The notes beneath the pieces are model-generated. The model had not been told where the DNA came from and searched no databases. It worked only from the letters and a program-made list of their open reading frames with translations. Of a stretch of 64,000 nt of DNA, positions 11,569 to 19,295 are shown piece by piece. Origin of the DNA: an uncultured delta proteobacterium. GTDB lineage: Bacteria > Desulfobacterota > Desulfobacteria > Desulfobacterales > QNYZ01. A program made the translations under genes and the position numbers. Where the stretch lies: the NCBI GenBank assembly GCA_963845145.1, contig CAWJQU010000001.1, positions 288,001 through 352,000 of the forward strand, in the 5' to 3' direction. Positions within the stretch are counted from its first letter, which is position 1; each line of letters opens with the position of its first letter.

Positions 11569-11775
11569 ATGGAGGACCCTATGTTAGAAACATTTATGGA
11601 CAAGATTAAAAGGTCGGCTTTGAAAAGCATGAAACGAATAGGTGATCAGACTCGTCGATTTCAGGAAATCGTTTATGGAAAGAGCCTGAAAACATTTAGC
11701 CGTATGTATCCCAAGGCAAACAAGACTAAGGACAAAATGAATCATATGAGAGATTCCATTCGGAAAAAACATTGA
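11569..11775 (+). CDS. Hypothetical small basic protein (start possibly 11581, after GGAGG)
   Basis: ORF with an RBS lying between cbpM and pfkB; no recognisable motif. Confidence 0.4.
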   Translation: MEDPMLETFMDKIKRSALKSMKRIGDQTRRFQEIVYGKSLKTFSRMYPKANKTKDKMNHMRDSIRKKH

Positions 11776-11808
11776 TTAATTGATCGGTAATTATGGAAGG
11801 ATTCACAG

Positions 11809-12735
11809 ATGATTTATACTGTCACATTAAATCCTGCGCTGGACCGTTTCATTGTCGTTGAACAGTTACTTACGGAAGACACTACTCGCATATTATCCGA
11901 AACGGCTTATGCTGCTGGCAAGGGTATTAATGTTTCCAGGGTGATTCGGGAATTAGGTGGATATAGTGTTGCCCTTGGGCTCGTCGGCGGATATGAAGGC
12001 TTACAACTGGAAGGATTGCTTATCAATGCGGGTGTAATAAGCGATTTCACAAGGATTTCAGGTGAAACGCGGACCAATATTATCCTTCGTGAACAGACGA
12101 AAGGCCGGCAGTATGTTATCGGTGCCGCCGGCCCGGAAGTTAATGCAACAGAAATCGGCCTTTTTTATCAGAATTTTAACCAAGTTCAGAATATGGAGTA
12201 CTTGATCCTGAGCGGGAGCCTCCCTCGCGGAGTTACACCGAATCTTTATGGTCAACTTATCCTTGCCGGAAAAAAAAAGAACGCTTTCATCGTTATAGAC
12301 ACAGATGGAAAATCACTGCGCGAATCAATTGAATATCAGCCGACATGTATTAAACCAAATACATACGAGCTTTCCCGACTGGCGGAAAGGGAGTTGCAAA
12401 CCGAGTCGGAAATCATGGGCTTTTGTGAGAAAATCCACCAGAAAGGAATTCCATATATTATTGTTTCAAGAGGAAGAAAGGGACTGCTTCTATCTTCGGT
12501 CAAACAAAAAATAAAGGCAATTGCTCCTCCGATGGAAGTTGACAGCACCGTCGGCGCCGGTGATTCGGTAGTAGGGGGATTTGTACTGGCACATTCCCAG
12601 GGCAAAGACCTTACGGATTGCGTTCGACTATCCTGCGCCGCTGGGACGGCAACTGCGCAAACACCCGGCACGGAGCTTTGTCATCGCATGGATGTTGAAG
12701 AGATTATGTCCAAGGTTCAAATATCCAATCTATAA
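11809..12735 (+). CDS. pfkB: 1-phosphofructokinase/PfkB-family hexose kinase
   Basis: MIYTVTLNPALD, GKGINVS, SGSLP, IKPN, STVGAGDS. Confidence 0.93.
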   Translation: MIYTVTLNPALDRFIVVEQLLTEDTTRILSETAYAAGKGINVSRVIRELGGYSVALGLVGGYEGLQLEGLLINAGVISDFTRISGETRTNIILREQTKGRQYVIGAAGPEVNATEIGLFYQNFNQVQNMEYLILSGSLPRGVTPNLYGQLILAGKKKNAFIVIDTDGKSLRESIEYQPTCIKPNTYELSRLAERELQTESEIMGFCEKIHQKGIPYIIVSRGRKGLLLSSVKQKIKAIAPPMEVDSTVGAGDSVVGGFVLAHSQGKDLTDCVRLSCAAGTATAQTPGTELCHRMDVEEIMSKVQISNL

Positions 12736-12807
12736 ATGCTGACTTTATGCTTAAGCGATTATTGGATGTCGGTTCTTACGAAAATTTTAAACAACAGGAG
12801 ATCTATT

Positions 12808-14235
12808 TTGGGTATCACCCTGCCAAAAACAAAAGTTGTCTGTACCATCGGACCGGCCAGCGACACACCGCAGATCATCCGGGAATTGATCTCAAACGGT
12901 ATGCGGATCGCCCGTTTGAATTTTTCTCATGGGACACACAGTGACCATGGGAAAAAAATTCATACCATCAGAAAAATTGCTGAAGATCTGGGCAAACCGG
13001 TTGCTATATTACAGGACCTCGGAGGGCCAAAAATCCGGTTGGGGCATATCCCTGATCCAGGCGTCCGAATAGAACCGGGGCAGAACATTATTCTTACAAC
13101 TCAGACTGTGGAAGGGTCAAAACAACGTATATCTGTTTCCCACCGGCTGTTAAACGAAGAAGTCAAAGCCGGAGATCGGATACTACTCGCAGATGGTTTT
13201 TTGGAACTCCGTGTTCGCTCGGTAAAAGAATCTGAAATCCATTGCAAGGTCATTACGGGCGGCGTGCTGACATCCCACAAAGGGATTAATCTGCCAACCG
13301 GAACCATTCGCATGCCTTCAATGACCGACAAAGATCGTGAGGATTTGCGTTTTGGCCTGGGTCATGATGTGGATTATATAGCGCTGTCATTTGTCAGAAC
13401 TGCGGCAGACATCCGAAACATAAAAGAAATCATTCGCCAGGAAAAAAAGAATACGCCAGTTATCGCCAAAATCGAAAAGCATGAGGCCATCGAGCATTAT
13501 GAGGACATTTTGATTGCTGCCGATGCAATTATGGTTGCTCGCGGTGACTTGGGGGTAGAGATACCTTTAGAAGAAGTTCCTGGTATCCAGAAACGATTGA
13601 TTCAAAGAGCAAATGCGTCAGGAAAGCCGGTTATTATCGCCACCCAGATGCTGCGATCCATGGTAGATTCGTCTCGCCCGACAAGGGCCGAAGCCTCGGA
13701 TGTAGCCAATGCTGTTCTGGATGGAGCGGATGCTGTCATGCTTTCGGAAGAGACAGCCGCCGGCAACTATCCCGTTCAAGCCGTTCGTTACATGGTGCGT
13801 ATCATAGCCGAAGCGGAAAAAACGTTCCCTCATGATCGATATCTTAAAATGGTGCCCGAAAAGGAAATTTCGGATGCTGTATCGTATGCGGTCTGCGTAT
13901 TGGCAGATCACCTTGATGCTGCGGCAATCCTGGCGCCGACACAATCAGGCCGGACAGCCGGGCATCTATCCCGGTTCAGGCCCGGGCAACCGATTATTGC
14001 ATATACGCCCAACCCGACAACCATGAGGCGACTCTCTCTTTTCCGTGGCATATACCCCCGCTTGATTCAAAATACGAATGATACAGATGATATAATTGAA
14101 ATCGTAGCTAACCGTTCGATTGATGCAGGTGATTTGTCAGAAGGGGATTTGGCGATCATCACTGCGGGTCAACCTGTCTGGGTAGCTGATGTTACGAATA
14201 TGATTCGGGTTAAAAGGATGCCGTTAATAACTTAA
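12808..14235 (+). CDS. pyk: Pyruvate kinase (probable TTG start at 12808 after AGGAG)
   Basis: TKVVCTIGP, ARLNFSHG, DLGGPKIR, IAKIE, MVARGDLG, ATQML.SM, PTRAE, VMLS.ETA. Confidence 0.97.
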   Translation: MGITLPKTKVVCTIGPASDTPQIIRELISNGMRIARLNFSHGTHSDHGKKIHTIRKIAEDLGKPVAILQDLGGPKIRLGHIPDPGVRIEPGQNIILTTQTVEGSKQRISVSHRLLNEEVKAGDRILLADGFLELRVRSVKESEIHCKVITGGVLTSHKGINLPTGTIRMPSMTDKDREDLRFGLGHDVDYIALSFVRTAADIRNIKEIIRQEKKNTPVIAKIEKHEAIEHYEDILIAADAIMVARGDLGVEIPLEEVPGIQKRLIQRANASGKPVIIATQMLRSMVDSSRPTRAEASDVANAVLDGADAVMLSEETAAGNYPVQAVRYMVRIIAEAEKTFPHDRYLKMVPEKEISDAVSYAVCVLADHLDAAAILAPTQSGRTAGHLSRFRPGQPIIAYTPNPTTMRRLSLFRGIYPRLIQNTNDTDDIIEIVANRSIDAGDLSEGDLAIITAGQPVWVADVTNMIRVKRMPLIT

Positions 14236-14254
14236 AATAAAAAGGGAGAAAATC

Positions 14255-14455
14255 ATGAAGCTCACTAAATCCGGGTTGGAATTAAGAGATGTGATTGAAA
14301 AAGCGATTCAGGACTGCGTTATCACCCACAGCGAGCATGAGGAAATTATGAAATTGGCAAACAAAGACGGCATGATTGATGATCATGAACAGCGACTACT
14401 CAGCCAACTCCAGGGGTTGCTGGAAAACGGTACGTTAAAGCGGGTTAAAGGATAA
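14255..14455 (+). CDS. Small acidic hypothetical protein (66 aa)
   Basis: GGGAGA RBS; directly follows pyk; DGMIDDHE motif. Confidence 0.7.
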   Translation: MKLTKSGLELRDVIEKAIQDCVITHSEHEEIMKLANKDGMIDDHEQRLLSQLQGLLENGTLKRVKG

Positions 14456-14962
14456 AAGCGTTTATATCCAAGAAAGAGAAAATGATGGCCTAACAGCCCC
14501 TAAGCCGACCAAGGAGGTCCGGTGGCACGCCCGTGTCTATTTGTGGAGAGCTTGCTAGCCGGATCGATGCCATCCCTAAATTACTGAGAACCGGGATTAG
14601 GTCGCTCAGTGTAGTCGCCGCATTGGTTCCGGACGTGAAGAATGCCGTAAGAAATTAAAGCTTTTGACGAATTCTCTTACCAGACGTGACAGACAAAGGG
14701 CCTAATCTCTATATGGTCCGCCTAACCGGTGACCTCTGCGCTTATCACAGAAATGTGGGATACTACTGGCATATCTGTAATCTCATTGTGTGAAATTTCC
14801 CCATCAATTATATTTTTTTCGAAGATTGGGAATTGTATATTAGGTATGGGTAATCGCCAAATTAGTGAAAGGTTCGATTAAGGCTCACACAAGAGCTAAA
14901 CCTTGTGAATATCTGCTATGTACAAAACGCCCTAAAAAAATGGATTTAAAGGATATAACAGC

Positions 14963-15206
14963 ATGTTTCTAAATATAAATTGTAAGTGTAGATATGGCTG
15001 CCTATTACTTCTGTTAATTATTTTTACCGGGACCGAGGTATCAGCCATTACCGATGGGGGAAAAGAGGTTGCCGGCCCAGCAATGGAATATAACAACCTC
15101 GCACTTTTGGAAACCATCAACAACACGGTTGTTAGCGAGACAGTCAACCTGGAGATTTTAAAAGCACGGCTTCAGAATCAGAATGCCTTGAATAAAGCCG
15201 CCTCAA
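14963..15206 (+). pseudogene. 5' fragment of a secreted/membrane protein, cut where it meets the integrase remnant
   Basis: Signal-peptide-like N-terminus (CLLLLLIIFTGTEVSA) and coiled-coil-like segment, then reads into antisense integrase sequence. Confidence 0.45.
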
Positions 15207-16261
15207 TTCAATCACATCCGACGGCCAACCCTGCTCGTGTAATATCGTTGATGCCATGGCTCTGAAACCGTGACCTGTCATTTCATCCTTATCAAACCCC
15301 AACCGCCTTAGCGCCCCGTTAACAGTGTTACTGCTCATGGGTCTACCGGTACGAAGCGAAGGGAATACGTAACGACTCCCACCAGTCAATGGCTCGACAT
15401 CTTTCAGGATATCTATCGTCTGACTTGAAAGCGGTACAATATGAGCATCATCCATTTTCATCTTTTCCGCCGGTATGCGCCATTCAGCCATATCAAGATC
15501 AATATCTTCCCATTCCGCCTTTCGCAGTTCACCAGGCCGAACAAACACTATGGGGCCAGTTTAAGAGCGCATTTTGTCACAAAGTACCCTTGGTATCCAT
15601 CAATCGCTCGAAGCAGCTCTCCAACTCTCTTGGGGTCTGTAATGGCGGGCATATGCCGGACTTTTCTTGACTTTAAAGCCCCCCTCAAATCAGCGGTGGG
15701 ATCACGGCTGACCAACCCTAATGGAGCAATCGCATACCGGAAAATTTGACCGCATGTTATTTTGACTTTGTGGGCGGTTTCGTAGGCTCCCCTATCTTCA
15801 ATTCTTTGCGATACCGTCAAGATTTCGGGAGGATCAAGGGCTGATATCGGCCTTACACCGATCCAAGGGAAAACATCTTTTTCAATATTCCGCAACACTC
15901 TTTTTGCGTGGGATTTAGACCAACCCCCTTTTTTAGTGTCGTACCATGCCCTTGCCAGCACCTCAAAACTATTGGCGATTTCGTTGATTCTTAAGGCTTT
16001 GGTGCGCCTTCGATACTGTACAGGGTCTATGTCCTTTTCAATCAACCGTTTAGCGGCTTCAAGGCGCTTTCTGGCTTCCTTTAATGAAATGGCAGGATAC
16101 GCACCTAATGCCAAAGTTTTACGCTTTCCTAAAAAACGATAATCAAGCCGGAAATATCGCCCGCTATTATTGACCAGCAAATACATTCCCCGGCCATCGG
16201 TCAACCGGTATGGTTTGTTTTTGGACTTGGCGTTTTTGACAGCTACATCTGTTAACCGCAT
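15206..16261 (-). pseudogene. P4/IntA-like tyrosine integrase, frameshifted at ~15549 and truncated at the 3' end
   Basis: Arm-binding domain (LTD..VK..K..DGRGMYL..LALGAYP.ISLKEAR), RPGELR and HGFR present; sequence diverges after WPSDVIE, so the expected LAH...AY segment with the catalytic Tyr is absent. Confidence 0.88.
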
Positions 16262-16349
16262 GCCAGTATCTCCCAAATAAGGATGACAGTGTTTCTTAAA
16301 GGTAGCGATATGGCTTCCAGGCAGTACTGGAGCGGCTTTTCAGGGAAAA

Positions 16350-16398
16350 TGACAGTATCTGCCTTCTGAAACCTGCCAGATACTGTCAAATACTGTGA
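16350..16398. promoter_or_regulatory. Inverted/direct repeats upstream of the integrase (candidate arm-type sites)
   Basis: TGACAGTATCTG (16350-61) and CAGATACTGTCA (16377-88) form a perfect IR; extra ATACTGTGA at 16390. Confidence 0.5.
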
Positions 16399-16500
16399 AT
16401 GTCAACGGTATGAAACGGAGAGGCGCGAAAAGAAAAAAGCCCCGAAACGCTTTGTCTTCAGGGCCTTACTATGTTTACCGGACGTTACCGGAAGTATTTT

Positions 16501-16578
16501 TGGCTCCCCAGTCCGCCTCAGGCGGAAACCGCGGACAAGATGGTTAATCCGCCTGCGGCGGACTCACCAACTGAGCTA
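16501..16578 (-). pseudogene. Pseudo-tRNA-Asn (tRNA nt 8-76) with two 15-nt palindrome substitutions
   Basis: Matches 16893-16961 except that nt 25-34 and nt 56-65 are each replaced by TCCGCC-NNN-GGCGGA and one D-loop base is missing. Confidence 0.92.
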
Positions 16579-16837
16579 TTACTTCAGAATCTTTGCTTTT
16601 ATCCATTCTCTTCCCTTGCCACTTTTCAAAAATCGCTCCCTTTTCATCGCTTCCGCTCTCGTGGGGTATTCTTCAGAATAAATGAGGTGCCATACCCCTT
16701 TTTGTTTATGAGTATACCTTTGGGATCCGGGTTCTTCCGCTGTTGTGGCGTTCAAGGCGTTTGGTCAGATCCGAGGTTTGGCCTTTGTAGAGTTTGCCGG
16801 AAGTATGGTTTTGAAGGATATAAACCCAATATGGCAT
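16579..16837 (-). CDS. Small GIY-YIG nuclease-family protein, ~85 aa (one frameshift near 16735)
   Basis: MPYWVYILQ..GKLYKGQTSDLTKRLERHN, then in the shifted frame RYTHKQKGVWHLIYSEEYPTRAEAMKRERFLKSGKGREWIKAKILK*; AGGTG RBS. Confidence 0.9.
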
Positions 16838-16850
16838 TTCAGGTTCACCT

Positions 16851-16892
16851 AAAAAAAGGTCCAATCGGAGGCGATTGGACCTTTTTATTTTT
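16851..16892 (-). terminator. Intrinsic terminator after tRNA-Asn
   Basis: AAAAAGGTCCAATCG-GAGG-CGATTGGACCTTTTT perfect stem with A/T tracts on both sides. Confidence 0.85.
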
Positions 16893-16968
16893 TGGCTCCC
16901 CAGCACGGACTCGAACCGCGGACAAGATGGTTAACAGCCATCTGCTCTACCAACTGAGCTACTGGGGA
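16893..16968 (-). tRNA. tRNA-Asn (GTT), CCA encoded
   Basis: TCCCCAGTAGCTCAGTTGGTAGAGCAGATGGCTGTTAACCATCTTGTCCGCGGTTCGAGTCCGTGCTGGGGAGCCA folds as a 76-nt cloverleaf. Confidence 0.98.
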
Positions 16969-16970
16969 TC

Positions 16971-17455
16971 TGGTTCTTTTTGCTTTCTGGTACTTTATTT
17001 CACCCCGATTTTCAACCCGATGGTTAATCCGCCTCAGGCGGACTCTACAACTGAGCTACTGGGGATCTGGTTCTTTTTGCTTTCTGGTACTTTATTTCAC
17101 CCCGATTTCAACCCGATGGTTAATCCGCCTCAGGCGGACTCACCAACTGAGCTACTGGGGATCTGTTTCTTTTTGCTTTCTGGTACTTTATTTCACCCCG
17201 ATTTTCAACCCGATGGTTAATCCGCCTCAGGCGGACTCAACAACTGAGCTACTGGGGATCTGGTTCTTTTTGCTTTCTGGTACTTTATTTCACCCTGATT
17301 TACAACCCGATGGTTAATCCGCCTCAGGCGGACTCAACAACTGAGCTACTGGGGATCTGGTTCTTTTTGCTTTCTGGTACTTTATTTCACCCTGATTTTC
17401 AACCCGATGGTTAATCCGCCTCAGGCGGACTCAACCAACTGAGCTACTGGGGATC
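16971..17455 (-). repeat. Five tandem 96-98 bp units, each a tRNA-Asn 5' half (nt 1-43, palindrome-substituted) plus a ~48-nt A-rich spacer
   Basis: Units at 16971-17067, 17068-17163, 17164-17260, 17261-17357 and 17358-17455. Confidence 0.97.
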
Positions 17456-17476
17456 ATGTCAAAAGATAACCAGAAG

Positions 17477-17505
17477 TGTCTATTAAAACTACGCCATTTA
17501 GTCAA
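17477..17505 (-). promoter_or_regulatory. Candidate sigma70 promoter for the array/tRNA
   Basis: TTGACT-17 nt-TAGACA on the minus strand, ~20 nt upstream of the first unit. Confidence 0.45.
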
Positions 17506-17513
17506 GAAAAATA

Positions 17514-19295
17514 TTACAGGGTATTTACCTTTATCGACAACTCATCAAGCTGGGGCTTGGCCACGTTTGATGGCGCCCCTGTTAGTGAACAAGCGGCTTT
17601 TTGGGTTTTGGGAAACGCGATCACGTCACGGATGGAGGATTCGCCGCAAAGGATCGATACCAGCCGGTCAAAACCGAACGCGATCCCGCCGTGGGGCGGC
17701 GCGCCGCTTTTTAGGGCCTCGAGTAAAAAACCGAATTTATTTTCGTATGTTTCACGGTCCAATCCCAACGCTTCGAACACTTTTTCCTGCATCGAGGGCT
17801 GGTGAATACGAATGCTTCCGCCGCCCACTTCGGTACCGTTTAAGACCAGATCGTAGGCCCGTGAGCGCGCCGTGGCCGGATCGGATGACAGCTTCTCGAC
17901 ATCTTCTTCCAAGGGTGCCGTAAATGGATGATGCAACGCCTCAAACCGCTTTTTGGTGGCATCATATTCCATCAGGGGAAAATGGGTAACCCAGGTGAAG
18001 GCAAACTCGCTGTCATCAATCAGCTTTAATCGGCGTCCCAGATGATTGCGCAGGTGCCCCAGGGCTTCGTTGGCTATTTTGGGCACATCCGCGACGAAAA
18101 AAACCAGGTCACCCGGTGCCATTTCAATACGTTCCGTCAGCGCCGCAACCTCCTCATCGCTAAAAAATTTGGCGATGGGCGATTGCCAGCGATCGTCTCG
18201 CACCTTGATCCAGGCCAACCCCTTGGTCCCGTAAACAGCCGTTAAATCGGTTAGATCATCGATTTCTTTCCTGGAAAAATCGACGCACCCCTTGGCATTT
18301 AGGGCTTTGACGACCCCACCTTTTTTAACAGCGCCCGAAAAAACCTTGAACCCACTCTTGGCAACAATATCGCTGATATCGGTAAGTTCCAGACCAAAGC
18401 GAACATCGGGTTTATCCAGTCCATAACGGTCCATGGCTTCTTTCCAGGTCAGGCGGGCAAAGGGCCGTTTGAGGCGTTTATCCAAAACCGCTGTGAATAT
18501 GGCCGCCATCATTCCTTCGGTCATATCCATGAGATCCTCTTCACCCACAAACGACATTTCCACATCGATCTGGGTAAACTCCGGCTGCCGATCGGCCCGC
18601 AGATCTTCATCCCGAAAACAACGTACAATCTGGTAATAGCGGTCAAACCCGGACATCATCAGCAATTGTTTAAACAATTGAGGCGATTGGGGCAACGCAA
18701 AAAACTGTCCCGGATTGACCCGGCTGGGCACCAGATAATCGCGGGCGCCTTCGGGCGTGCTGCGTGTCAGCACCGGTGTTTCGATATCGATAAAGCCAAG
18801 ATCGTCCAGATAGCGTCGAACGGTTTGGGCCGTTTTGTGGCGTAACAACATGTTGCGCTGCAGCCGGGACCGCCGAAGGTCAAGATGGCGGTATTTAAGC
18901 CGAATGGTTTCCGAAACATCTACCTGGTCCTCAATCAAAAACGGGGGTGTTTCGGCAGTATTAAAAATCCTTAATTCCGTGACGAGCACCTCGATTTCAC
19001 CGGTGACGAGATTGGAATTAATCATTCCTTCCGGCCGACTCTCCACCCTACCTTTCACACCAATCACATATTCACTTCTCAGAACATGGGCCTTTTCATG
19101 CACGGCTTCATCCACCAACGGATTGAACACCACCTGGGTGATGCCCTCCCGGTCCCTAAGATCAACAAAAATAACCCCGCCATGATCTCTCCGGCGCTGA
19201 ACCCACCCCATCAAAATGACTTCCGAACCAATATCCTTTCCTGTCAATTGGCAACAATGATGGGTGCGACGCATATGTTTAAGTTGATCCGTCAA
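17514..19295 (-). CDS. aspS: Aspartate--tRNA ligase
   Basis: RRDHGGVIFVDLRD, STPEGARDYLVPSR, FRDEDLRADRQPEFTQ, HHPFT, PPHGGIAFG. Confidence 0.98.
   Translation of the reverse strand: MTDQLKHMRRTHHCCQLTGKDIGSEVILMGWVQRRRDHGGVIFVDLRDREGITQVVFNPLVDEAVHEKAHVLRSEYVIGVKGRVESRPEGMINSNLVTGEIEVLVTELRIFNTAETPPFLIEDQVDVSETIRLKYRHLDLRRSRLQRNMLLRHKTAQTVRRYLDDLGFIDIETPVLTRSTPEGARDYLVPSRVNPGQFFALPQSPQLFKQLLMMSGFDRYYQIVRCFRDEDLRADRQPEFTQIDVEMSFVGEEDLMDMTEGMMAAIFTAVLDKRLKRPFARLTWKEAMDRYGLDKPDVRFGLELTDISDIVAKSGFKVFSGAVKKGGVVKALNAKGCVDFSRKEIDDLTDLTAVYGTKGLAWIKVRDDRWQSPIAKFFSDEEVAALTERIEMAPGDLVFFVADVPKIANEALGHLRNHLGRRLKLIDDSEFAFTWVTHFPLMEYDATKKRFEALHHPFTAPLEEDVEKLSSDPATARSRAYDLVLNGTEVGGGSIRIHQPSMQEKVFEALGLDRETYENKFGFLLEALKSGAPPHGGIAFGFDRLVSILCGESSIRDVIAFPKTQKAACSLTGAPSNVAKPQLDELSIKVNTL

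Noticed and set aside
16971..17018. Array spacer as a relic of a GIY-YIG 3' end (TTGAAA..GG, AAAGCAAA)
   Set aside because: Similarity is limited to short A-rich words and is not convincing by eye.
16471..17220. 249-aa plus-strand ORF with NPPQADS.TELLG repeats
   Set aside because: It is an antisense translation of the pseudo-tRNA, GIY-YIG gene, tRNA and repeat array.
16971..17455. CRISPR array
   Set aside because: Units are near-identical along their whole length (no unique spacers), derive from tRNA-Asn, and no cas genes are in the window.
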